Assembly: GCA_040384445.1 (NCBI GenBank) | Contig: JAZKJG010000002.1 | Location: forward strand, 160,823-224,822 | Origin: Patescibacteria group bacterium | GTDB lineage: Bacteria; Patescibacteriota; Minisyncoccia; Phycocordibacterales; CAIZLB01 | Length of the DNA: 64,000 bases | Reading direction: 5' to 3' | Shown: in pieces, positions 19,376-28,565 of the stretch | Layout of the letters: each line of letters opens with the position of its first letter | Numbering within the stretch: position 1 is the first letter of the stretch | The notes under the pieces: model-generated | Database searches by the model: none | The model's input: only the letters and a program-made list of their open reading frames with translations | Told to the model about the DNA's origin: nothing | Translations under genes and position numbers: made by a program

Positions 19376-20647
19376 TTAAATTGTTTTAATTGAGTATGTT
19401 TTATTTTTCACTTCATCTTCACCTATAAGTACTACTTCTTGTACTGCAAGTTTTTTTGCAAATGAAATAATATCGCCAGATTTTTTACTTGTATATTGCA
19501 CTGCAACATTTTTCCCAGATTCTCGAAGTTCACTTGCAACAGTGTCAGCATAGGATAGTGTATCTTCGCTATCATCAAGAACTGCAACAAGAATATTAGT
19601 TTGAGCTGCATATGCAGGAATCAAGTTTCTAGACTCAAGAAAGTTTAACATAGGGACATCTCCAATTCCAAAACCGATTCCTGAAATTGTTGCTTCATCC
19701 GTTGCTCCTTCGAAGATGTCCACTAAACTATCGTATCGTCCACCACCAAAGAGGGCACGGTTATTATTTGTATCCGTATCAAATACTTCAAATACAATAC
19801 CTGTATAGTAATCTAGACCTCGCACCGTATTTTCATCAAAGATAATATTTGAGATTCCGGCATCGTTACATAGTTTAATAGTTTCAAGCACTTCATTAAG
19901 TGCAGGTTTAATTGAAGGAATACTTTGCAATAGCTGTAGATCATCAATGTCTCGAATATCAACAAGTGTTTTTACATTTTCAATTCCTGCTTCATCGCAG
20001 ATATTGTAATACTCTGCAATAAATTCATCCTCATTCATTTTGCTTCTTTTGTCTGTCAGTTTTTGAAATGAAAGAGCATATTGATCTGTCAGTCCATAAT
20101 AATCTTTGTATAACACTTCAAGAAATGCTCGTGAGTTTACATGAATTGTATAATCAACTTCTGTTGCTCCAAAACCTTTCATGATTGTTGCAATCAATTG
20201 AAAAATTTCAGCATCATATCTGACACTTGGTTTTTTTGTAAGAAGATCAACGTTGAGTTGCCAAAATTCTCGCATTCGTCCTCGTTGCGGTCGTTCATAT
20301 CTGAAGCAATTTGGAATTGAGTAGAGTCGAAGAGGGAAAGGGAGCTCTCTCTTTTTTCCTGCGACCATTCGGGCAAGTGTCGGTGTCATTTCAGGTCGCA
20401 GAGTAACCTGTCTGTCACCTCGATCTGTAAATGTATATGTCTGCTCGTTCACAAGCTCTTGACCTGATTTTGCATGATAGATCTCAGTGTTCTCTAGTAT
20501 TGAGGCGTTGTACTCTTCATATCCAAAAGAATGCACCGCTTTTCGCCATGTTGAGAAAATGTAGTTCTGGACAGATTGGTCTTCAGGGTAAAAGTCTCGA
20601 ACCCCCTTGTAGCTCTCTGTTGATAGTTTCTTTATAGAGTCTTTCAT
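19376..20647 (-). CDS. hisS: histidyl-tRNA synthetase
   Basis: Class II aaRS motif 2 (FRYERPQRGRMREFWQ). HisRS-typical N-terminal region (GVRDFYPED) and C-terminal anticodon-binding domain. Confidence 0.85.
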   Translation of the reverse strand: MKDSIKKLSTESYKGVRDFYPEDQSVQNYIFSTWRKAVHSFGYEEYNASILENTEIYHAKSGQELVNEQTYTFTDRGDRQVTLRPEMTPTLARMVAGKKRELPFPLRLYSIPNCFRYERPQRGRMREFWQLNVDLLTKKPSVRYDAEIFQLIATIMKGFGATEVDYTIHVNSRAFLEVLYKDYYGLTDQYALSFQKLTDKRSKMNEDEFIAEYYNICDEAGIENVKTLVDIRDIDDLQLLQSIPSIKPALNEVLETIKLCNDAGISNIIFDENTVRGLDYYTGIVFEVFDTDTNNNRALFGGGRYDSLVDIFEGATDEATISGIGFGIGDVPMLNFLESRNLIPAYAAQTNILVAVLDDSEDTLSYADTVASELRESGKNVAVQYTSKKSGDIISFAKKLAVQEVVLIGEDEVKNKTYSIKTI

Positions 20648-20747
20648 GAATTATATATACCATATTTAAAGGGGTTTGTGGAAAATTTAGGGATTAGTTT
20701 ATATTTTCTTTTGCTATTAATAATGACTGAAATGGTTTACTTTTCTT

Positions 20748-21872
20748 GTGGCTAAAACACCATTTCAAAAAGATATACATATATTTCTAACAACACTGAT
20801 CGAGAAGGCGATCGCCATGAATGCTTCAGATATTCATATTGATCCTAAGGATAGTTTTGTTCAAATTCGTTTTAGAATTTCTGGAATACTTCATGAAAGT
20901 GGAAGATTGGAATTAGAATATTTGGATTTGTGTATTGGGAAGATAAAAGTTCTGGCTGAACTTCGCTCAGATGTTCATGATAAATCTCAAGATGGAAGAT
21001 TTTACTATATTTCAAATGTAACAGGTGAGCGTATTGATATACGTGTTTCTATAGCACCAACTTTTTATGGTGAAAATTGTGTGATGCGGCTGCTTCGACC
21101 TGAATTGTTGCGGTATCGAACATTTGCGGAACTTGGTATGACAATCGATCAAGTACACAGGTACACTACCTCACTTAAAAAAAGTTCAGGACTAATTATT
21201 GTGGCGGGGCCAACCGGATCTGGGAAAACAAGTACGCTATATACAACGCTGAGGTATCTCGCAAAAGGAGTTGATTCAAGTCATGCATTTTCAGACGAAA
21301 TAGATACTGAGCGAAATATTGTCACGATAGAAGATCCTGTTGAATCTGCAATTCCACGAATTAGACAAATTCAAATACATCCCGATAAAGGCTTTGGATT
21401 TAAGGAGGCGCTCAAAGGAATTTTAAGACAAGATCCAGATGTAATTATGATTGGTGAGATTCGCGATAAAGAAACTGCTCTCGCTGCGATTCAAACTGCA
21501 CTTACTGGTCATCTAGTTCTTGCTTCTATTCATGCTCCAAATGCAGCGTCAATTATTCCAAGACTTATCGACATGGGTATAGAACCATACATGCTTTCAT
21601 CTTCAATTTCTATGATATTGAGTCAGCGACTGATTCGTATGTTTGATTACTCACTTGGATTATATGGAGAACGAAAGGGGGTATTTGAAATAGTTCCGGT
21701 AGATACTGAAATGCGTGAGATGATTCATACAAAAAAGACTCCATATGAGATTGAACAATATTTATCGAAAACAGGTCACACCCTTCTTCGTGATGCATGT
21801 GCAGATATGTATATTCGACATGTAACAACTGAAGAAGAAATTAATCGCATAACACTTGATATATACTCATGA
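20748..21872 (+). CDS. pilB: type IV pilus/type II secretion assembly ATPase (GspE/PilB family, lacks N-terminal domain)
   Basis: Walker A (GPTGSGKTST), Asp box, Walker B and His box region. 374 aa. Confidence 0.75.
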   Translation: MAKTPFQKDIHIFLTTLIEKAIAMNASDIHIDPKDSFVQIRFRISGILHESGRLELEYLDLCIGKIKVLAELRSDVHDKSQDGRFYYISNVTGERIDIRVSIAPTFYGENCVMRLLRPELLRYRTFAELGMTIDQVHRYTTSLKKSSGLIIVAGPTGSGKTSTLYTTLRYLAKGVDSSHAFSDEIDTERNIVTIEDPVESAIPRIRQIQIHPDKGFGFKEALKGILRQDPDVIMIGEIRDKETALAAIQTALTGHLVLASIHAPNAASIIPRLIDMGIEPYMLSSSISMILSQRLIRMFDYSLGLYGERKGVFEIVPVDTEMREMIHTKKTPYEIEQYLSKTGHTLLRDACADMYIRHVTTEEEINRITLDIYS

Positions 21873-22915
21873 AATTAAAAAACAAAGAAGCCAGATCATT
21901 ATGGTACAAGAAAATATTTTTCTATTTGAAATCAGGACAGTCACTTCCTGAGTCGGTACGAACTGCAGCGTTAGATGCTGACAGCTTGTATATCTATGAA
22001 GAATTGATTGATGGTTCGAGGTTTTCAGATGTATGTGAGTTGCCAGAATTAAAAAATACATTCTCCCAAACAGAAGTGTCTTTGCTCCGAGTTGCAGAAC
22101 AAACAGGATCAATGCAATTCGTATGTGGAATTCTGTCTCAAATGTTGAAAGAACAATATGCGCAAGTGCAAAAACTTATTGCTGCACTTATATATCCTGT
22201 ACTGGTGCTTATCATGGCGTGTGGATTGCTGCTCATGATTCTTGTAGGAATTGTTCCAAAAATTGGTCCATTATTTTCTTCAATGAGTACCGTTCCATTT
22301 GCTACACGAATTCTTATTGCAGCAAGTAATCATGTTATATCTTTCTGGTATATCGATATTTGTGTTGGAATAGTTTTGTTGTGTGTGCTGATATATATGA
22401 AAAGAAAAACAACTTATTTTTCATATATTAGTCGGTGGATACAATATATTGCAATCAGAGCACCATATGTACGAGAAGTGTATTTATATTGGTATATCGA
22501 ACGATGGGTGCAAGTTGTTCATATCTCGTTACAGAGTCATGTGTCCTTACTTCAGTCACTTCAGTTTGCACATGAATCTGTTGAAAATCCATATATCCAA
22601 AAAGAGTTTTCAAAAGTAACAGAAGGGGTTCGGGTAGGTCAAACATGTGCCGATTCGCTTGGGCTCGTTGCTCCATTTCTAAAGCAAAAATTAAAAGACT
22701 GGATATCAGTTATTGCATCAGGAGAAAAAACTGGAACACTTCAAGAAGTTTTTGGTGTGAGCAGGGAACATATTGCAGAAAATCTTAAAGATGCATTTGA
22801 TAGGGCACAAAAAATAATTGAACCTATGCTTATTGTATTGGTTGGAATTATGGTTTTGTGTATTTGCTTGGCAATCATTTTGCCTATGTATCAATTAACT
22901 CAATCAGTACAATAA
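21869..22915 (+). CDS. pilC: type IV pilus platform protein (GspF/PilC family)
   Basis: 348 aa polytopic membrane protein. The start overlaps the pilB stop (ATGA). Architecture typical of T2SS-F. Confidence 0.7.
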   Translation: MKLKNKEARSLWYKKIFFYLKSGQSLPESVRTAALDADSLYIYEELIDGSRFSDVCELPELKNTFSQTEVSLLRVAEQTGSMQFVCGILSQMLKEQYAQVQKLIAALIYPVLVLIMACGLLLMILVGIVPKIGPLFSSMSTVPFATRILIAASNHVISFWYIDICVGIVLLCVLIYMKRKTTYFSYISRWIQYIAIRAPYVREVYLYWYIERWVQVVHISLQSHVSLLQSLQFAHESVENPYIQKEFSKVTEGVRVGQTCADSLGLVAPFLKQKLKDWISVIASGEKTGTLQEVFGVSREHIAENLKDAFDRAQKIIEPMLIVLVGIMVLCICLAIILPMYQLTQSVQ

Positions 22916-22916
22916 T

Positions 22917-24077
22917 ATGCATACACAAAAAGGATTTAGTTTAATAGAAGTAATGCTTGCACTCGCGATCTCCGTGATAGTTTTTGTTGCAGTCTTTCAT
23001 TTTGCTGCAAGTATACATACATATGCAAAAAAACATACTGCAACACCTGAGAAATATGTCTCATATCAATACGGTGAACCGTATTGTGGCATGCATAAAA
23101 CGTTGCAAGATATTCATTTCGATACATCAAATCAAATACACTTCCAAGCCTATCTATCTACTTCAACTAGAATTTCAAGTATTCATCAGTTGAACGGAAA
23201 CAGATTTCTTCTGACAACTGATTCTGCATCTACTTCAGAAAGTGATATTTTTCTGTTTGATGTTGATACTCAAAATACGACAGTCACACTCATATCTTCA
23301 CTTGACGTAGGTCCAGGTATTCAAGATGCAAAACTACTAGATCAATATTTATATGTTGCAAATACGAGTGTGAATAGTCACCTTAAAACATTGTATGTTA
23401 CAGAAAATTTAATTTCAGAATTATTTAATGTAAAATTACCATCATTATCATCGAGTGCATCATTACCAAAAAAGTTGGCAATATATGGAAACACATTAAT
23501 CCTTGGATCTGAGAAAAGTAACTCTGGTCCAGAATTGTTTGTGTTTCCTATAGAAGGGGATGGAGTGGTGAGAACTCCTATATATAGTATGGAGATTGAC
23601 GGACAGGCAAATCAGCTACTTTCTAGCTATGGAAATATACTGGTTGCAAATGCTGCAGATCCAGAATTACGAGTGTATAACTCACTATTTAATATCGAGT
23701 TCACATACGATGCGCCTCTAACTCTTGGAAATGGTAAAAGTGTCTTATATAAAGATCCATATATAATCCTAGGGCGTACAGTTGGATCAGGGGAGTTAAG
23801 TCTGTTACTTCAAAAGGGTACCACAACAGAAGTGCTAAAAACGAAACGAACTTATGGAACTGTTGATCATATTCAAATGCTGGATTCAGAAACCATACTC
23901 GCAATGACAGCTAATGAAGATGCTGAGCTACAATTTTGGAATATTCCTAGTTTAGATCACGAAAAAGATATTAATATTCCAGGTAGAGTATCAGCGTACG
24001 AATGTACATCAGAAAATTTGCTATTTATTTCCACAACAATTAATACGGAACCGGTCCTCTTATGGCTAGAAATATAA
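22917..24077 (+). CDS. large prepilin-type protein (class III signal peptide + 350-aa beta-rich domain)
   Basis: MHTQKGFSLIEVMLALAISVIVFVAVF gives a G|F cleavage site and Glu5. The long C-terminal domain may be PilY1/tip-adhesin-like. Confidence 0.6.
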   Translation: MHTQKGFSLIEVMLALAISVIVFVAVFHFAASIHTYAKKHTATPEKYVSYQYGEPYCGMHKTLQDIHFDTSNQIHFQAYLSTSTRISSIHQLNGNRFLLTTDSASTSESDIFLFDVDTQNTTVTLISSLDVGPGIQDAKLLDQYLYVANTSVNSHLKTLYVTENLISELFNVKLPSLSSSASLPKKLAIYGNTLILGSEKSNSGPELFVFPIEGDGVVRTPIYSMEIDGQANQLLSSYGNILVANAADPELRVYNSLFNIEFTYDAPLTLGNGKSVLYKDPYIILGRTVGSGELSLLLQKGTTTEVLKTKRTYGTVDHIQMLDSETILAMTANEDAELQFWNIPSLDHEKDINIPGRVSAYECTSENLLFISTTINTEPVLLWLEI

Positions 24078-24547
24078 CTTATAAAAAAGGATTTACTCTT
24101 ATAGAACTTGTGCTGTACATGGGTGTATTTACCATTCTGGTGGTTGGAATTCTATATACATCAATGTATATACAGAAAGTATTACAAGATTCTGCTGTTC
24201 GATATGAAATTGACGAGATTATATACAGGCAGTTAGCATTACTTCAAAATCACATAACTCTTGCCACTCATATTGAAGTAAGCACAAGTAGTATTCGTAT
24301 GTATTCTCAAAACAGCATTGTCACACAAGAATTAAGAAGTGGTATTTTGTTTATGATATATGAATATGGCAACGGGCAAAAGAAAGAGTTTGCAATATAC
24401 CCAACTATGAAATTTTCGGAGTTTTCGTTTAGAGATAATGAGACAGGGGAGACTTTTGAGACCAAAAATCAACTGAGAGTACAGGTGGATAGAATAGGTG
24501 TGAAAGGAAAATTAATGTCCTTAGAAGAGTATTTCTACACCTATTAA
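24062..24547 (+). CDS. prepilin-type N-terminal cleavage/methylation domain protein (pilin/pseudopilin)
   Basis: MARNITYKKGFTLIELVLYMGVFTILVVGIL. 161 aa. Confidence 0.65.
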   Translation: MARNITYKKGFTLIELVLYMGVFTILVVGILYTSMYIQKVLQDSAVRYEIDEIIYRQLALLQNHITLATHIEVSTSSIRMYSQNSIVTQELRSGILFMIYEYGNGQKKEFAIYPTMKFSEFSFRDNETGETFETKNQLRVQVDRIGVKGKLMSLEEYFYTY

Positions 24548-24585
24548 AATCCCAGATACTATGATATAGTATGCAATATTAACGT

Positions 24586-25878
24586 ATGGCTTCATTTCGA
24601 GACATTGTCTTTTTTATCATCACTTTTTTCTCTGTATATGTTCAGGTTTTTTACTTGGTAACGTTTTTTCGGTATCAACATAAGATCTTGCGACGTACAG
24701 GAAAGGTTTACTTGAAAGAGTATCCTGCGGTAACTATTATAGTGCCTTGTTATGCAGAGGAAAGAACTGTGGAGAAAACAGTACATTCACTCCAGGAACT
24801 CAGATATCCAGAGGATAAGTTACATATTATTTTGGTTGATGACGGAAGTCCTGATAACACATGGCAAAAATTACAAGAGCTAGAAAGTAAGTATTCAAAT
24901 GTTCGTTCATTCACTAAAACAAATGGTGGTAAGCATACATGTTTAAATTTCGGATTAGAGAAGACAGAAACCCTATATGTTGGATGTCTTGATGCTGACT
25001 CACTTGTTCATCCAGAGGCGCTTGTGCGTATTATGTCTTACTTTGAGGGTAATATAAAACTTATGGCAGTGACTCCAACTCTTGTTGTTCATAATCCTAA
25101 ATCACTCGTACAAAGAGCACAGCGGGCAGAGTACAATGTGGGAACATACAATAAAAAAATGATGGGATTTTTAGGGGGTATTCATGTGACTCCTGGACCA
25201 TTCTCTATCTTTAAAAAGGAAGTGTTTGATACAATCGGTCCGTACAAAAAAGCTCACAATACAGAAGATATGGAGATTACGTTTAGAATGCATAGACAAG
25301 GATATTTGATTGATAACTGTAGTGATGCGTATGTATATACTCTAGGTCCTAAAACAATCTATGATTTATATCGTCAACGAGTGCGATGGATTTATGGATT
25401 CATGAAAAATATTATTGACTACAAAGAATTATTTTTTAAGAAAAAGTATGGGACATTAGGTTTCTTTACTCTTCCTTCTGGAATTATTTCTATTATTGCC
25501 GTGATCTTTATGATACTTTTTATTGTCCAAGGCCTTATAGGACCAGCGATTGTATTTTTTGAAAAATTATCTACACTAGGCTTTAATGTGAGTTTTTCAA
25601 ATATATTTAGTGCGCCATCATTTGATTGGTTTTATATTAATACAGAAACAGTTGCGCTTGTTGCATTAGCACTCTACACGCTAGTCCTATTCTCATTTAT
25701 TCTTGGAAAATGGGTATCAAGTAATTCGGAAACAAATTTGCTTGATGCAGTAATATTTTTTGGACTGTACTCTGTCATTGCTCCAATATGGTTATGTAAA
25801 GCATTATGGAATGTTTTGATAAATAGGGAGGACAGCTGGACAGTGGAGATAGACAAACGAGTACGTGAAAATTTATAA
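24586..25878 (+). CDS. processive family-2 glycosyltransferase (cellulose/chitin-synthase-like, QxxRW) with C-terminal TM bundle
   Basis: DDGS..D motifs (IILVDDGSPDNT; LDADS) and Q(R)xRW (YRQRVRWIYGF). N-terminal and C-terminal TM helices. Confidence 0.7.
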   Translation: MASFRDIVFFIITFFSVYVQVFYLVTFFRYQHKILRRTGKVYLKEYPAVTIIVPCYAEERTVEKTVHSLQELRYPEDKLHIILVDDGSPDNTWQKLQELESKYSNVRSFTKTNGGKHTCLNFGLEKTETLYVGCLDADSLVHPEALVRIMSYFEGNIKLMAVTPTLVVHNPKSLVQRAQRAEYNVGTYNKKMMGFLGGIHVTPGPFSIFKKEVFDTIGPYKKAHNTEDMEITFRMHRQGYLIDNCSDAYVYTLGPKTIYDLYRQRVRWIYGFMKNIIDYKELFFKKKYGTLGFFTLPSGIISIIAVIFMILFIVQGLIGPAIVFFEKLSTLGFNVSFSNIFSAPSFDWFYINTETVALVALALYTLVLFSFILGKWVSSNSETNLLDAVIFFGLYSVIAPIWLCKALWNVLINREDSWTVEIDKRVRENL

Positions 25879-25911
25879 ATAACATGATATGCTAACCAGT
25901 AATAAAAATAT

Positions 25912-26694
25912 ATGAGTTCTACAACAGAATTTGAAAAAGAATTTTCTAAAAAAGAAATTGAGCGTATAGAGAAAGTACACTCTGCACCAGGCTTTTCACC
26001 AATGCAATATTTGGTTGTGTTTGTTGTAACAGTGGGATTATTCCTAAGTGCATTTGGACTGAGTAATTATTTGAGTGATAGAAAATTGGATAAAGTAAAA
26101 TATATTCAAGATGATATTGCTATAGATATACTTTCTTCAGAAACTCAATTTGAACTCCTACAGGATATTTCATGTAAAGATGCAGGAGCTTCAGTACTTT
26201 CTTCTGAGCTCAATGACCTTGCACGACGAATTGAATATTCAGAACAATCTATTCAAAACATTGAAGAAGTTACTCGACTTAAAAAGTATTATTCAGTACT
26301 CCAGGTTAAAGATTATATTTTGATGAAAAAGGCTACAGAGCGATGTGGATTGAAAAGTGTGTTCGTATTATATTTCTATACAACCGAAAAGAATTGTGTA
26401 GAATGTGCACGACAAGGATACGTACTTACAGAACTACGAGACAAATATCCAGACCTACGAGTGTACTCTTTTGATTATGGGTTAGATCTTGGAATCATTC
26501 AGACACTGATTCGAACGTATAAGCTTTCAGATACAGAGCTACCAACACTTATAGTGGAAGGAGATGTGCTTACTGGATATCATGATTTAGAAGCAACAGA
26601 GGCTTTGTTGCCTGAGAAGTTTAGAAAAGAGCAGGCTGAGTTAATGAATGCAAAAGTAGCAACCTCTACCGCCTCTACTTCAAAGAAGAACTAA
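25912..26694 (+). CDS. membrane-anchored protein with thioredoxin-like CxxC region
   Basis: N-terminal TM. A beta-strand then CVEC (VFVLYFYTTEKNCVECARQ), resembling a thioredoxin-fold active site. Confidence 0.3.
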   Translation: MSSTTEFEKEFSKKEIERIEKVHSAPGFSPMQYLVVFVVTVGLFLSAFGLSNYLSDRKLDKVKYIQDDIAIDILSSETQFELLQDISCKDAGASVLSSELNDLARRIEYSEQSIQNIEEVTRLKKYYSVLQVKDYILMKKATERCGLKSVFVLYFYTTEKNCVECARQGYVLTELRDKYPDLRVYSFDYGLDLGIIQTLIRTYKLSDTELPTLIVEGDVLTGYHDLEATEALLPEKFRKEQAELMNAKVATSTASTSKKN

Positions 26695-26696
26695 AT

Positions 26697-27791
26697 ATGC
26701 CTCCAACAAACAAACCATATTTTGTTGGTTTAGATAATCTCAGAGCTTACGCATTTGCACTCGTTTTTTTGTCGCACATGTATTTCAATTTTTTTCCTGC
26801 AAATGAAGTATATAGAAAAACATTTGCACACGGAGAAATAGGGGTTCAAATCTTTTTTGTATTGAGTGCGTTTCTTATTATGTATCTGTCACTTCGAGAA
26901 TTTTCGAAAACAGGAACTTTTTCAGTTCTGCATTTTTTTAAAAAAAGAATTCTTAGAATTTGGCCAGTTTACTTTTTGGTAGTTGCAGTAAGTTATCTCA
27001 TCTACATTCTTTCCGGCACAACCGCGCAAATGAGTTGTACATACATGTTCTTATATTTTATGGGAAATACATGTATGATTCAAGATTTTGCACATGTGGG
27101 AGGGGCACTCACAATATCGCCACTGTGGTCAGTTTCTGTTGAACAACAATTTTATACAATTTTTCCACTTTTGTTTTTGTTGGCTATTGTTGTTTCAAAA
27201 AAGTATGCAGCCAAGTATAAACTATTGTTTTGTATAATAGCTTGTATCATTCCGTTAGTGGCCATTATCTACGCACTATATATTAGATATCTACACGTAG
27301 GAAATTGGAGATACACTGATTACTCACTCGCGTCATCTATTCCATCGCTTGTTTCTGGAATATGTCTTGGGTATATTATGTACGCACGGTTTAAGATTAT
27401 AGATCATATAAGATCTTACTCTAAAACATACGCGACTGTTGGAGCACTTATTTTTGCATGTGGAATAATATTAAAAACAACATATCCATGGGGAGCATTA
27501 CTATATGTAGTGCCAATTATTGGTTCAGTGTTGATTTATATTATTCTGGCAACAAAAGAGAGGGTGGTGTCGGAAGTTGTACAGAAAACTTCTGTTATAG
27601 AATACATGGGACGTATTTCATACGGACTATATGCCTACCATATGTTTGCTGTTGTAATTGTGCAAAAGTTTTTGTTTCCAACATACTCAAATATGCCACT
27701 TTTGGCGAGTTTGATGACGCTTGCGATCACGATTGTCATAGCTCATATTTCGTACAAGTACATGGAGTCTTGGTTTTTAAAATTTAAATAA
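26697..27791 (+). CDS. acyltransferase family 3 (OatA-like O-acyltransferase) membrane protein
   Basis: 364 aa with ~10 TM helices. Conserved N-terminal region (GLDNLRAYAFALVFLSHMY) typical of Acyl_transf_3. Confidence 0.7.
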   Translation: MPPTNKPYFVGLDNLRAYAFALVFLSHMYFNFFPANEVYRKTFAHGEIGVQIFFVLSAFLIMYLSLREFSKTGTFSVLHFFKKRILRIWPVYFLVVAVSYLIYILSGTTAQMSCTYMFLYFMGNTCMIQDFAHVGGALTISPLWSVSVEQQFYTIFPLLFLLAIVVSKKYAAKYKLLFCIIACIIPLVAIIYALYIRYLHVGNWRYTDYSLASSIPSLVSGICLGYIMYARFKIIDHIRSYSKTYATVGALIFACGIILKTTYPWGALLYVVPIIGSVLIYIILATKERVVSEVVQKTSVIEYMGRISYGLYAYHMFAVVIVQKFLFPTYSNMPLLASLMTLAITIVIAHISYKYMESWFLKFK

Positions 27792-27808
27792 ATACGTATA
27801 CTATACAT

Positions 27809-28528
27809 ATGCATCCTATTACCCAAGCAATCGAACAGTTGACTGATATCTGTGCAAAATACGGATTCGTCCAGTTTTCTGGTCCTGAAATAGAAACAGA
27901 GTGGCATAATTTTGATGCACTTCGAGTTTCAAAAGATCACCCAGCCAGAGATGCGCAGGATACTTTTTGGTTAGGTGAACAGTATAAAGAAGAACTAGCA
28001 AGTGTTGGACCACAACGAATGCTTCCGCGAACTCACACATCAGGTGCGCAAATTCGTAAAATGATGGAAAGTAAGCCTCCATTTAAAATTATTTCAGCAG
28101 GAAAAGTTTTTAGAAATGAAGCAACAGATGCAACTCACGAAGCAGAGTTTTACCAACTCGAGGGATTATCTGTGGGAAAAAATATTTCAATCTCTGATTT
28201 AAAAAATACTATCACTGATATTTACAAAGAATTTTTTGGTCCAGATATTCAGGTGCGATTTCGAGAAAGTTTTTTTCCGTTCGTAAAACCAGGTATGGAG
28301 ATAGATATTTTTTGGAAAGACAGATGGCTCGAAGTGTGTGGAGGGGGAATGGTTCATCCCGAAGTTCTAGAACATGGATTTAAAGATCATATGACAAAAG
28401 AAGAAATTTCTGAGTTAAGTGGATTTGCTTTTGGAATGGGGATTGACCGTCTTGTAATGCTTAAGTACGGAATTGACGACATTCGAGATATGTACTCAGG
28501 AGACCTTCGATTCTCACGATGGTTCTAA
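27809..28528 (+). CDS. pheS: phenylalanyl-tRNA synthetase alpha subunit (short form, catalytic core only)
   Basis: Class II core motifs (FRNEATDATHEAEFYQLEG; GMVHPEVL). 239 aa. Confidence 0.8.
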   Translation: MHPITQAIEQLTDICAKYGFVQFSGPEIETEWHNFDALRVSKDHPARDAQDTFWLGEQYKEELASVGPQRMLPRTHTSGAQIRKMMESKPPFKIISAGKVFRNEATDATHEAEFYQLEGLSVGKNISISDLKNTITDIYKEFFGPDIQVRFRESFFPFVKPGMEIDIFWKDRWLEVCGGGMVHPEVLEHGFKDHMTKEEISELSGFAFGMGIDRLVMLKYGIDDIRDMYSGDLRFSRWF

Positions 28529-28565
28529 AGTTTAAATACTAAGACTTTTATGCTATATATAGCCT

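Noticed and set aside
20648-20747. T-box or other leader riboswitches upstream of hisS, pheS and valS
   Set aside because: Leaders are only ~100, 17 and 38 nt long, too short for T-box elements. No specifier/antiterminator motif (AGGGUGGNACCGCG) was seen.
21860-21875. Possible UGA recoding (alternative genetic code)
   Set aside because: TGA cleanly terminates pilB at 21870-21872 in an ATGA overlap with the pilC start. Recognised genes end on TAA or TGA at the expected lengths. Standard code 11 fits.
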